Source: Cyanobacteriota bacterium (GTDB taxonomy: Bacteria; Cyanobacteriota; Cyanobacteriia; Thermostichales; Thermostichaceae). Taken from it: a stretch of 17,980 bases of DNA. Shown piece after piece: positions 1 to 9,516 of this stretch (its first letter is position 1; each line of letters begins with the position of its first letter). Below the pieces are notes generated by a model. That model did not search any database, was not told the origin of the DNA, and saw nothing but the letters and a program-made list of their open reading frames with translations. A program made the translations under genes and the position numbers. The stretch is taken from NCBI GenBank assembly GCA_033764955.1, contig JANRIL010000016.1, forward strand, positions 1 through 17,980, given 5' to 3'.

Positions 1-504
1 GGAGAGGGGAGGCGAGCGGCCACCAATCTGGTAAAATTGGACAAGCATTACAGGGTTGATTTTCCCCTGATACGGTGCGCTTTCGACCGACAACTGGAGT
101 TGACCGACCCGTAGGCCAAGGCCGCAAGTCCCCCGTTTCCAAGGTTGCAATAGAGAGCATTTTCAAAAGCAAGTCTCCTTTGTGGAGAGAACTATCAACA
201 GTGGGGCTGGGCGTTTTCCTCACTATAAAAAGCTCGAATCGGCTAACCAGAGGTAAAACTCGCGCCGTGGGAGAAGCCCGCGCCCTATCCTTGCATCGGC
301 GTCGGGAGTACCTCACAACCCTTTGTTGCTGCGATTCTGACATGTCTACAGACTAAAACGGCTCTTATCTCCACAACAAGCTCTCTGGAGTAGACCGGGA
401 TCCCCCTTGCCAGAGCATAATGGCATCCCACTCCTGATAATCTGGTGCAGAGGACAGTACCTCTGGGTTAATGGTTCCATAGCGCAGACAAAGGAGTTGG
501 GGTC

Positions 505-1695
505 ATGGGTGGCGACGTGAAACAGCAAACTGGGCCGACTATCCTTCCCCACGGGGGATCCCTGATTCAGCGAATGGTGGATCCCGGTGAGCGCCCTGCT
601 GCCCAAGCGATGCTTGATACCCTGCCTGTCGTCGTTTTGGATGAACGATCTCAGTCAGATCTGGAGATGATTGCTATTGGTGGGTTTAGTCCTTTGCGTG
701 GATTTATGGGATCCGCTGATTATCAGTCAGTGGTCAACTCCATGCACCTGAGCAATGGCTTAGCCTGGTCGATTCCCATTACGCTTTCGGTGGAACCAGA
801 GGTGGCGGATGGCCTGCGGGAGGGGCAGAAGGTGGCTCTGGCCACCCCCACAGGACGCCGCTTGGGATGGCTAGATCTGATCGAAAAATTTACCTATGAC
901 AAGCAGCAGGAAGCCCAGCAGGTTTATCGCACCACCGACGAAAAACACCCCGGCGTCAAAGTGGTCTATCAACAAGGTTCGGTCAATTTGGCAGGGGATG
1001 TGATGCTGCTGCAACGGGATCCCCATCCTGAGTTCCCCCGCTATCAAATTGATCCGATAGATGCACGAGCCAGCTTCCAAGCAAAGGGATGGAGGACCGT
1101 GGTGGGTTTTCAGACCCGTAATCCCATCCACCGCGCCCACGAATACATCCAAAAATGTGCCATGGAAATTGTGGATGGTCTATTTTTGCACCCACTGGTG
1201 GGAGCCACCAAAAGTGATGATGTGCCTGCTGCCGTGCGGATGCGCTGTTATGAAGTGCTGTTGGAGCACTATTATCCGGTGGAACGGGTGATTTTGGCGA
1301 TCAACCCTTCCGCAATGCGCTACGCAGGGCCACGGGAAGCGATCTTTCATGCCCTAATCCGCAAAAATTATGGGTGCACCCATTTCATCGTCGGGCGGGA
1401 TCACGCGGGAGTGGGGGACTATTACGGCACCTATGATGCTCAATACATCTTTTCCGAATTTCAGCCAGAGGAATTAGGGATCCAACCCCTCATGTTTGAA
1501 CATGCCTTCTACTGTCAGGTAACCAGCACGATGGCAACGGCCAAGACCAGTCCTAGCCGACCTGATCAACGGATTCATCTGTCGGGTACGAAAGTGCGTG
1601 AGATGCTGCGGCGGGGAGAAGTGCCACCCCCTGAGTTTTCTCGCCCAGAGGTAGCGAAGCTGCTGGCCGCCGCTATGTTAGAACCCCAAGAGTAA
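505..1695 (+). CDS. sat: Sulfate adenylyltransferase (ATP sulfurylase)
   Basis: 396-aa ORF with motifs [31 protein letters not shown] and LSGTKVR. RBS AAGGAG at 491-496. Confidence 0.97.
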   Translation: MGGDVKQQTGPTILPHGGSLIQRMVDPGERPAAQAMLDTLPVVVLDERSQSDLEMIAIGGFSPLRGFMGSADYQSVVNSMHLSNGLAWSIPITLSVEPEVADGLREGQKVALATPTGRRLGWLDLIEKFTYDKQQEAQQVYRTTDEKHPGVKVVYQQGSVNLAGDVMLLQRDPHPEFPRYQIDPIDARASFQAKGWRTVVGFQTRNPIHRAHEYIQKCAMEIVDGLFLHPLVGATKSDDVPAAVRMRCYEVLLEHYYPVERVILAINPSAMRYAGPREAIFHALIRKNYGCTHFIVGRDHAGVGDYYGTYDAQYIFSEFQPEELGIQPLMFEHAFYCQVTSTMATAKTSPSRPDQRIHLSGTKVREMLRRGEVPPPEFSRPEVAKLLAAAMLEPQE

Positions 1696-1738
1696 ACGTG
1701 ATTAGGCTAACTTACTAGTTCTGTTCATCTGTAGAAAA

Positions 1739-1809
1739 TACAGCTCTTTCGGTGATTATCTAGTAATGATTAGGATGATCCGTAACAAGTGATTCACGAA
1801 AGGGCTGTA
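1739..1809. mobile_element. Putative 71-bp MITE-like element A (TA-CAG...CTG-TA ends)
   Basis: TACAGCTCTTTCG (1739-1751) pairs with CGAAAGGGCTGTA (1797-1809) at 12/13, and pairing extends via GTGA/TCAC. Non-coding, single copy in the window. Confidence 0.5.
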
Positions 1810-1898
1810 GTTATTCCAAATAAGAATGCGACCACCTAAACTTGATATCCAAACTTTGAGAGGTTTTGGGGTTCTCAAACCAAATTGGAACGACTATA
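1808..1898. mobile_element. MITE-like element B, copy 1
   Basis: Ends TAGTTATTCCAA / TTGGAACGACTA. Internal hairpin TTTGAGA-N11-TCTCAAA (1855-1879). About 81% identical to 17705-17798. Confidence 0.75.
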
Positions 1899-2021
1899 TG
1901 TCTAGCTGGGAGCTTCGTAGCAGCCCCAAAAGGGGAGTTGGGATCCTAGGGAGAGGTATAGTCAGAACCACTGAGCCAGCACAGACAGAACTCTAGCAGA
2001 ACTCTAGAACTTTCTCTTTTT

Positions 2022-3080
2022 CTAACCTGGCCCCAACACAAAGGGATCCGCCGCTTCCCCATTCACCTGATAGCCCAAATCCATCAGCACCCCCAACGAA
2101 ACCCGGCTGATTGCGGCACCGGTACTCATCACCTCCCCCGGCAACCGTAAGGGATCCCAGTGGGAGTGGGCACCGGTACAATCCCGTCCACCACCAAGCC
2201 CACGCGGAAAACAACTTTGCACCGGCACCTGCCCTCGTCCTCCCAAAGCTTGGTACTCCCGCATTCCCTTTGCTCCAGCATAGGTGGGCTGAGCAGAATT
2301 CAAACGGCGAATCCAGTGAGCGGTACTGGGCACCAACCCCAAAATATGCCCGAATTCGTGCAAGCTGACCCGATACAGGGATCCCTCAGAAGCTGCCTCT
2401 AAAAACTCCAGTTCGTACTGGATCACCCCATAGATGCCTTGCTCCCCCCGCTGCACACAAGCTAAAGCCCGAGCCGCAAAATCCCCAGTGCGTCCCACTT
2501 TCTTGCCCAGATCTGTTTCGTCTGACACCAACACATCCACCAGCACATCATCAATCGAGTCAGGGTAGGCCGGGGTACCCTGGCGAATAAACCGCGCACA
2601 GCGAGCTGGGCCAATGCCACCGCGATACTCCGGTAGATCCCCAATCACCACTTCTTCCCAACGTCGAGCCGCCCCCTGAATAACCGCCTGTTCTTGGGGG
2701 CCGAATCGCTCATCCAAAAACCGTAGCGTGATGTCGTAGCCCACTTGGGGTGGGCGAATGGGTGCAGGTGTGGGATCCACCCCCTCTAAAAGGAAAGGTC
2801 GAAAAAGTAAAGTTGGGGACTGTGCCTGTTCCGCTTGTGTTTGCAAGCCTTTTAGCTGTTCCCGATAAGCCTCCAACTCGGCTCGGCGCTGGGGTTGGCT
2901 GCGGATCATCTGTTCAACAATGGTTATTGCCTCTGGCCAATTCTGGGCTTGCACTGCCTGCTCTAGTTGCTGCGTCGAGGATTGTCCCCAAACACGGTGC
3001 CAGTGTTCTTGCCTATTCCAGAGGACTAGACCCAGCAACAGCACTGTCAGCATTAAAATCCACTGCACCATCCGCTTCAT
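2022..3080 (-). CDS. Membrane-anchored leishmanolysin-like (M8-related) zinc metalloendopeptidase
   Basis: HEFGH zinc motif. Distal HSHW...EVMS supplies a third His and a Met-turn. N-terminal hydrophobic helix (WILMLTVLLLGLVLW). The ATG at 3080 (MKRMVQW) is preferred over the 3134 start. Confidence 0.75.
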   Translation of the reverse strand: MKRMVQWILMLTVLLLGLVLWNRQEHWHRVWGQSSTQQLEQAVQAQNWPEAITIVEQMIRSQPQRRAELEAYREQLKGLQTQAEQAQSPTLLFRPFLLEGVDPTPAPIRPPQVGYDITLRFLDERFGPQEQAVIQGAARRWEEVVIGDLPEYRGGIGPARCARFIRQGTPAYPDSIDDVLVDVLVSDETDLGKKVGRTGDFAARALACVQRGEQGIYGVIQYELEFLEAASEGSLYRVSLHEFGHILGLVPSTAHWIRRLNSAQPTYAGAKGMREYQALGGRGQVPVQSCFPRGLGGGRDCTGAHSHWDPLRLPGEVMSTGAAISRVSLGVLMDLGYQVNGEAADPFVLGPG

Positions 3081-3256
3081 ATCTGGACTCTGGCTTGACA
3101 GCTCTAGCTTGACAGATTTTGAAAGCTTTACCACTTCAAAATCTACTGAATTACATCTGAGATTGACCTCCCATTTCAGTCAACAGATTTCAGGAATGCT
3201 TAGGTCGATCTGTTGCCGCTCAACCGAAACGTTAGGCTGCACATAGCCCTCATACC

Positions 3257-3907
3257 CTAGAGGTTGGGCTGAACTTTGGTCTGTTGCAGGACAACCAAAG
3301 CCGCCTGTGTGCGATCCCGGACTCCTAGCTTCTGCAAAATGGCGTGAACGTGAACCCGCACGGTGCCTGGGCTGATGTAAAAAGTATGGGCAATCTCCTG
3401 GTTGGTTTTACCTTGTCCCATCAGCTCTAGGATTTCCTGCTCACGGGGAGTCAGCCCAAAACTCTCTAGAGGAGGGAGACGACCCATTAGCCTCTGTCGC
3501 AGAACATCGGTAGCCACAGAATCCCACCAAGAGGCTCCTGCCATCACCGAGCGAATCGCTAAAAGCAGCGACTCAGAAGGGATCCCTTTCAGACAGTAGC
3601 CAGAAACACCCAGTTGAATCAATTGGCTGATCAAGGCAGGACGAGCGTGGGAGGTCAAGATCAAAATCGGCAACTGAGGCTGAGCCATCTTGATTTGGTG
3701 GCAGGTTTCCAGTCCACCCAAACCGGGCAAGCCAATGTCAAGAATCACCCCATCCAACGACTGAGATTGAACCATCTCCAGCGCGGTTTCCCCATCGCCG
3801 GCTTCCCTGAGGGATAAAACATCTTTTTCCTGGCGGAGACGGGTGGCTAGCCCCAGACGGAACAGTTCATCATCCTCGACGAGGAGCAAACGCAACTGAG
3901 AATTCAT
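3257..3907 (-). CDS. NarL/FixJ-family response regulator (REC + LuxR HTH), probable kdp regulator
   Basis: LLVEDD acidic pocket, LDIGLP phosphoacceptor, LTPREQEILELMGQGKTNQEIA...TVRVHV HTH. Lies 4 bp downstream of the kinase. Confidence 0.93.
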   Translation of the reverse strand: MNSQLRLLLVEDDELFRLGLATRLRQEKDVLSLREAGDGETALEMVQSQSLDGVILDIGLPGLGGLETCHQIKMAQPQLPILILTSHARPALISQLIQLGVSGYCLKGIPSESLLLAIRSVMAGASWWDSVATDVLRQRLMGRLPPLESFGLTPREQEILELMGQGKTNQEIAHTFYISPGTVRVHVHAILQKLGVRDRTQAALVVLQQTKVQPNL

Positions 3908-3911
3908 ATAG

Positions 3912-4952
3912 TCATGAGGGGTGATGAGGGATCCTCACCTCAAATTTTGCACCCTTGGCGGGCAGGTTTTCGACCCCGACTTTGCCGTGGTGAGCCTCAA
4001 CAATTTGCCGAGTTAAATATAAGCCTAACCCTGTCCCTGCCGTTTGTCGTTGGTTTTCCCCTTGATAAAATCGCTCAAACAGGTGAGATAACTCCTGGGG
4101 TGGGATCCCTTGCCCCTGATCCAAAACCTGCAAAATGGCATAACTGCTGTCGGATCCCAACTGAATATCCACCCGTCCGCCACGGGGAGAGTGATGAATA
4201 GCATTGCTGATCAAATTGGTCAGCACCCGACGTAATTGCAGAGGATCGGCGAACAGGGTCAGGGCAGGGCGAAATTCGGAGTGAAGGGGGCTAACCCGCA
4301 GGGTAATGCGCCGCTGACTAGCCAGATCGGTGAGACTAGCCGCCACATCCTCCGCCAGCCCAAACAAATCTATCCATTCTGGGTGCAAGCCTAGCCCCTC
4401 CGTATCAATGCGATAAACATCCAGGAGGGTTTCCACCAGTTGTAGGCTGCTGGTTTGACTGCGGGACATGATTTCCAGCACTCGCTTTTGCGCCGTACTC
4501 AGGGATCCGAACTGTTCTTGCCGGAGTAGGGATAGGGTTTCTAGGGATCCCAAGAGGGGAGTTTTCAGGTCGTGGGTGAGGGTAGCCGCAAAATCCTCCC
4601 GCACCTGAGCCAAACGCTGGGCAGAGGCCAGTTGGGATTGTTGGTGGAGTAAGGCTTGTTGATGTTTTTGGTTTCTAAAAAGTAAAATTCCGGTTACAAC
4701 AAGGGCAACACAGGCAATCAATCGGTTGCACAGATTGACTAGACTCAATTCCCTCCCATCCGGGATCCAAAGATTCGATAGGGTCAGGACAACAGCCAAA
4801 GGAACGGTCAATTTAAGCATGGAATAGCGACACAGAAGGATTGGCCCGGTGTAGAGATAGCCAAAAATATAGGGAACTGGGGTGAGATAGTCCAGCATCA
4901 AAATAATCACAAAAAGACTCACTAACTGGATTCGTTGCAGAGGAAATGTCAT
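3912..4952 (-). CDS. Membrane sensor histidine kinase (Hik20-like), divergent from kdp
   Basis: N-terminal hydrophobic segments, H-box THDLKTPL, N-box NLISNA, G1 DQGQGI, F-box LFERFY, G2 GTGLGL. The ATG at 4952 is preferred over the TTG at 4964. Confidence 0.92.
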   Translation of the reverse strand: MTFPLQRIQLVSLFVIILMLDYLTPVPYIFGYLYTGPILLCRYSMLKLTVPLAVVLTLSNLWIPDGRELSLVNLCNRLIACVALVVTGILLFRNQKHQQALLHQQSQLASAQRLAQVREDFAATLTHDLKTPLLGSLETLSLLRQEQFGSLSTAQKRVLEIMSRSQTSSLQLVETLLDVYRIDTEGLGLHPEWIDLFGLAEDVAASLTDLASQRRITLRVSPLHSEFRPALTLFADPLQLRRVLTNLISNAIHHSPRGGRVDIQLGSDSSYAILQVLDQGQGIPPQELSHLFERFYQGENQRQTAGTGLGLYLTRQIVEAHHGKVGVENLPAKGAKFEVRIPHHPS

Positions 4953-5020
4953 AGCACCAGCCAAGCAAAATAAATGAGTGTAACGTCAAGGGCAGTCATT
5001 CAGAAAGGATCTCCGAAGGA

Positions 5021-5082
5021 TCTATATCCCCAGATATAGAAACAGGTATAGAACTTCTATATCTACAGGCTCATTTTATGAT
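5021..5082. promoter_or_regulatory. Array of four GATATAGA-like half-sites plus candidate -10 of the kdp promoter
   Basis: TCTATATC 5021-5028, GATATAGA 5033-5040, GGTATAGA 5045-5052, TCTATATC 5056-5063; TATGAT at 5077-5082. Confidence 0.6.
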
Positions 5083-5250
5083 TTAATTTTTGGATTTTCT
5101 GGTAAGCACGGTCTATTTTCCGGCAAAATAAAGAGGTGCGTTAGCCAGTTGGCTATTGACGATGAAGCGAGTCGCACTGATGCTGATGCCAATAGAGCAA
5201 TTATTAGGTCATATCGAAACCCACAATCGTTGTTTGTTGAGCTAATCACT

Positions 5251-6936
5251 ATGCTTGTGCAAGGCTTTTTCCAAATTGGGGTGACCTTGTTATTGATGAT
5301 CCCCACTGTCTTCGTTTTGGGACCATATATGGCACGTATTTTCATGAAGGAAAAAACCTTTTTGGATCCGATTGCCTCCCCTATCGAGCAGTTAATTTAC
5401 CGTATTTGTGGCATTCATCCTGAGCAAAACATGACAGGATGGGGTTATGGGCGGGCGGTTTTATTCTCGAATCTCTGGATGGCTTTGAGTGTTTTTATCC
5501 TTCAAATGATTCAAGAGGGATTGCCCCTTAATCCAACCAGATTGGCTGCCCCTAGTTGGCATCTGGCGATTCACACTGCTGTCTCTTTTGTTACCAACAC
5601 CAATCAGCAACATTATTCTGGAGAAGTTACCTATAGCTATCTGACCCAGATAGCAGCTCTGGGATTTATGATGTTTACCTCAGCCGCTACGGGTATTGCC
5701 GTGGCAATTGCCTTTATTCGTGGCTTAACCGGACGCCAACTGGGCAACTTTTATGAGGACTTCACCCTCGCCATCACCCGTCTTTTATTACCGTTATCTA
5801 TTCTGGGGGGCATGGCTTTGTTGCTGCTGGGGGTGCCGGAAACGTTGGCGGGGCCAGCCATCGTCACCACTCTAGAGGGATCCACGCAGGCGATTGCCAG
5901 AGGGCCAGTAGCACACTTTGAGATTATCAAACAGTTGGGAGAAAATGGGGGAGGATTTTTTGCGATCAATTCCGCGCATCCCTTGGAAAATCCCAACACA
6001 TTCACCAACTTAATTGAAACCCTAGCCATGCTGGCTATTCCCACCAGTTTTATTCTGACCTACGGTTATTTTGCAAATAATCTCAAACAGGCTTGGCTAC
6101 TTTTTGGTATGGTTTTTGGCATCTTTGTAGTGCTGGTTTATGCTACGGCTGCGGGAGAATTTTGGGGAAATCCAGAGGTGAATGGACTGTTGGGATCCCC
6201 CTGGCCGAATGGGGAAGGGAAAGAGGTGCGATTTGGGTGGGCACAAACTGCCTTTTGGGCTGTTAGTACCACGGCTACAATGTGCGGTGCCATCAATGGA
6301 CTGCATGACTCCTTGATGCCCCCTGGAGGATTTTCCACCCTGTTGAATATGTTTTTGCAGATTATTTGGGGAGGACAGGGAACCGGAACTGCCTATCTAT
6401 TTATCTTTGTAATTTTGACAGTGTTTCTAACCGGTTTGATGGTAGGACGCACCCCCGAATTTTTGGGACGGAAAATTGAAAAGCAGGAGATTGTTCTGGC
6501 CAGCGTTATTCTGTTAGTGCATCCTCTAGCGATTTTAATTCCCAGCGCGATTACCCTGGCACTTCCTGATTTGTCGGGGATCTCCAATCCGGGATCCCAC
6601 GGTCTTGCCCAGGTGGTTTATGAATACGCATCAGCCGCCGCCAATAATGGCTCTGGTTTTGAGGGGTTAGGAGATGGATCCCTTTGGTGGAATTTGAGCA
6701 CAGCCGTTGTCATGACAATGGGGCGATATTTGCCAATTATGGCTCTCCTATTATTGGCGGATAGCATGAGTCGCAAACAATTGTTGCCGCAAACCGCAGG
6801 AACTCTGCGTACTGATACGGGATTATTTACCGGAATTACGGCGGGGACAATTGTGATTTTGGGACTGCTGACCTTTTTACCCGTTTTAGCTTTAGGACCG
6901 ATTGCCGAGGGATTTCAACTGGCGGCAGGCTTATAA
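5251..6936 (+). CDS. kdpA: K+-transporting ATPase subunit A
   Basis: Pore motifs [23 protein letters not shown] and [16 protein letters not shown]. The ATG at 5251 (MLVQGFFQI) is preferred over the TTG at 5149. Confidence 0.96.
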   Translation: MLVQGFFQIGVTLLLMIPTVFVLGPYMARIFMKEKTFLDPIASPIEQLIYRICGIHPEQNMTGWGYGRAVLFSNLWMALSVFILQMIQEGLPLNPTRLAAPSWHLAIHTAVSFVTNTNQQHYSGEVTYSYLTQIAALGFMMFTSAATGIAVAIAFIRGLTGRQLGNFYEDFTLAITRLLLPLSILGGMALLLLGVPETLAGPAIVTTLEGSTQAIARGPVAHFEIIKQLGENGGGFFAINSAHPLENPNTFTNLIETLAMLAIPTSFILTYGYFANNLKQAWLLFGMVFGIFVVLVYATAAGEFWGNPEVNGLLGSPWPNGEGKEVRFGWAQTAFWAVSTTATMCGAINGLHDSLMPPGGFSTLLNMFLQIIWGGQGTGTAYLFIFVILTVFLTGLMVGRTPEFLGRKIEKQEIVLASVILLVHPLAILIPSAITLALPDLSGISNPGSHGLAQVVYEYASAAANNGSGFEGLGDGSLWWNLSTAVVMTMGRYLPIMALLLLADSMSRKQLLPQTAGTLRTDTGLFTGITAGTIVILGLLTFLPVLALGPIAEGFQLAAGL

Positions 6937-7085
6937 CTGTTCTTTAACATTGGTGATGCTCTCTTAGGGTTCATAAAAGGTAGTTTTGACGGGGCTAGCT
7001 TTCATCCAAACTTCTGCTCTGTTGAGGCTCTCGTCCCGTTTTTATTCCATTCGTCTAGATCGGTTTAACCTAGATCTGCTTAACT

Positions 7086-9173
7086 ATGATATCAACACCA
7101 ATACTCCGACAACCCGGCGGCCCCAGAAACCAACGTCGCCATACTCCCAAAGTCAATACCCAAGGGATCTACCAACGGGCGATTAAAGAGGCATTTCGCA
7201 AGTTGGATCCCCGCATCATGATTCGCAATCCGGTGATGTTTTTGGTGTGGGTGGGAGCGATCATTACTTTTTCGGTGACGTTGGATCCGACTCTGTTTGG
7301 TTCTGCCGCTGAAGATAATCAACGCTTTTTTAATGGCTTGATTACCCTGACTTTGTTGATTACAGTTGTCTTTGCTAATTTTGCCGAAGCGGTGGCCGAA
7401 GGACGGGGCAAAGCTCAAGCGGATTCGCTAAAAAGCATTCAAGCCGATACCACCGCCCATAGACTGTTACCCGATGGATCCTTAGAAAATATCAGTTCTA
7501 CCCAACTGCGGAAGGGAGATCTGATTCGCGTCATGGGGGGGGAGGTGATCCCGGCTGATGGAGAAGTTGTCCAGGGAGTGGCTTCGGTGGATGAGTCGGC
7601 GATTACGGGAGAATCTGCCCCTGTCTTAAAAGAACCCGGATCCGATATGGCGAGTTCAGTAACCGGAGGAACCCGCATACTCTCGGATGAGTTGACGATT
7701 CGGGTGGTGGCGGATCCCGGCAAGGGCTTTATTGACCGGATGATTGGGCTGGTGGAGGGGGCAGAACGTGCCAAAACCCCCAACGAGATAGCCCTGACGG
7801 TTCTCTTGGCTGTGTTGACGCAGGTGTTTTTGGTGGTGGTAGCGACGTTGTTGCCCCTGGCGGGTTATCTGGAAAGTCCGGTGAGCGTGGCCGTGTTGGT
7901 GGCTCTCTTGGTGGCGTTGATCCCGACGACGATTGGTGGCTTGTTGAGTGCGATTGGCATCGCTGGCATGGATCGGGTGGCGCAGTTTAACGTGATTGCA
8001 ACTTCTGGGCGAGCCGTAGAAGCCTGCGGCGATGTCAATACGTTGATCTTGGATAAAACAGGCACAATCACACTAGGTAACCGTTTGGCAGAAGAGTTTA
8101 TTCCTGTCAATGGTCATACGGAGAAAGAAGTTGCTGAAATTGCCTTGATAGCTAGTATTTTTGACGAGACCCCCGAAGGCAAATCGATTGTCCGACTGGC
8201 TGAGAAGATGGGCATCCACCGCTCGCAGGATCAGCAAACGGCGGAAGGGATAGAATTCTCCGCCAAGACCCGCATGAGTGGCAGTAATTTGGCAGATGGA
8301 ACGGAGTTTCGCAAAGGCGCTGTGGATGCCATCAAAGGATTTGTGCGCTCCCGTGGGGGATCCCTTTCCCTCGATTTGGATAAAGCCTATGAGCGGGTTT
8401 CTCGCTTGGGGGGAACTCCTTTAGCTGTTTGTAAAGGGGGAGAATTGTATGGGGTGATTTATCTCAAAGACATCATCAAACCAGGGATCCGCGAGCGATT
8501 TGATCAGTTGCGTCGGATGGGGATCCGCACGATTATGCTGACCGGAGATAACCGTATTACCGCCCAAGTGATCGCCCAAGAAGCAGGGGTTGATGACTAT
8601 ATTGCTGAGGCCACGCCGGAGGATAAAATCCGTGTCATCCAGGACGAACAATCCCGTGGCAAATTGGTGGCAATGACCGGAGATGGCACTAATGATGCGC
8701 CCGCCCTCGCCCAAGCTAATGTGGGGGTCGCCATGAATTCGGGGACACAGGCAGCGAAAGAAGCCGCCAATATGGTGGATCTTGATTCGGATCCCACTAA
8801 ACTAATTGATATCGTCACTATTGGCAAACAGTTGCTAATTACCCGCGGGGCATTAACAACATTTTCGCTAGCGAATGATGTTGCCAAATATTTCGCCATT
8901 ATCCCCGCTTTATTTGCGGGTGTTGGCCTAGAACCCTTGAATATCATGAGATTAGCTAGCCCCAATTCGGCCATTTTATCAGCACTCATTTACAATGCTT
9001 TAATTATTCCGGCTTTAATTCCATTGGCACTACGAGGAGTAGAATTCCGCCCTCTCACGGCTGATCAACTTTTGCTTCGCAATATCTTTGTTTTTGGCCT
9101 AGGTGGGGTAATCGCCCCCTTTATAGCCATCAAAGTAATTGATGTTTTTATTGATGGCATCGGGCTAGCCTAG
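7086..9173 (+). CDS. kdpB: K+-transporting P-type ATPase subunit B
   Basis: [17 protein letters not shown] phosphorylation site, [25 protein letters not shown]. Confidence 0.98.
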   Translation: MISTPILRQPGGPRNQRRHTPKVNTQGIYQRAIKEAFRKLDPRIMIRNPVMFLVWVGAIITFSVTLDPTLFGSAAEDNQRFFNGLITLTLLITVVFANFAEAVAEGRGKAQADSLKSIQADTTAHRLLPDGSLENISSTQLRKGDLIRVMGGEVIPADGEVVQGVASVDESAITGESAPVLKEPGSDMASSVTGGTRILSDELTIRVVADPGKGFIDRMIGLVEGAERAKTPNEIALTVLLAVLTQVFLVVVATLLPLAGYLESPVSVAVLVALLVALIPTTIGGLLSAIGIAGMDRVAQFNVIATSGRAVEACGDVNTLILDKTGTITLGNRLAEEFIPVNGHTEKEVAEIALIASIFDETPEGKSIVRLAEKMGIHRSQDQQTAEGIEFSAKTRMSGSNLADGTEFRKGAVDAIKGFVRSRGGSLSLDLDKAYERVSRLGGTPLAVCKGGELYGVIYLKDIIKPGIRERFDQLRRMGIRTIMLTGDNRITAQVIAQEAGVDDYIAEATPEDKIRVIQDEQSRGKLVAMTGDGTNDAPALAQANVGVAMNSGTQAAKEAANMVDLDSDPTKLIDIVTIGKQLLITRGALTTFSLANDVAKYFAIIPALFAGVGLEPLNIMRLASPNSAILSALIYNALIIPALIPLALRGVEFRPLTADQLLLRNIFVFGLGGVIAPFIAIKVIDVFIDGIGLA

Positions 9174-9228
9174 CTTCCATTGTTATCCAATGAGCATTTC
9201 AAAGATCACAAATATTTAGGAGTCATTT

Positions 9229-9507
9229 ATGGTTAGCTTATCTCACAAACCTGTTGAGCTTGGAAAGCCCAGATCCCTGACAAAATCAAACTTGAATACT
9301 ACGTCTTTGCGGTCATGGCGATCCCTTCTGCAAATACTGAGTGTTGCAGCAGTGGCAGATTTGATGATTATTACCCCAACCGTTTGGGCACAAAGTGGGG
9401 GATCCCTTTCCTTGCTGCAAGCCTGGGCTTTGGGATTATTAGGGCTAGTAACAGTAGCTTTGGCAATCTACTTGTTTGTCGTGATTTTTCAGCCAGAACG
9501 TTTTTGA
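9229..9507 (+). CDS. kdpF: Small hydrophobic Kdp subunit with a C-terminal KdpF-like helix (cyanobacterial KdpG type)
   Basis: RBS AGGAG upstream. C-terminus LGLVTVALAIYLFVVIFQPERF resembles KdpF. Located between kdpB and kdpC. Confidence 0.8.
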   Translation: MVSLSHKPVELGKPRSLTKSNLNTTSLRSWRSLLQILSVAAVADLMIITPTVWAQSGGSLSLLQAWALGLLGLVTVALAIYLFVVIFQPERF

Positions 9508-9516
9508 GGTAATAGC

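Noticed and set aside
2..343. Minus-strand frame open from the ATG at 343 (or 160) to the window edge, and plus ORF 75-356
   Set aside because: No recognisable motif. A divergent gene may begin here, but frame and start cannot be fixed from this window.
361..470. Possible SAM-I riboswitch upstream of sat (CTCTTATC...GATAA)
   Set aside because: Lacks the core AGAG, GAGGGA and GCAACC elements. Only a 6-bp hairpin at 448-465 is present.
1806..1898. Element B as a CRISPR repeat or integron attC site
   Set aside because: Only two distant copies, no spacers or cas genes, and no RYYYAAC/GTTRRRY ends.
1986..2007. CAGAACTCTAG tandem duplication
   Set aside because: Two copies of 11 bp; most likely replication slippage.
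5149..5250. N-terminal extension of KdpA, or a kdpF upstream of kdpA
   Set aside because: Hydrophilic with a TTG start and no KdpF-like peptide. KdpA-like sequence begins at the ATG at 5251.
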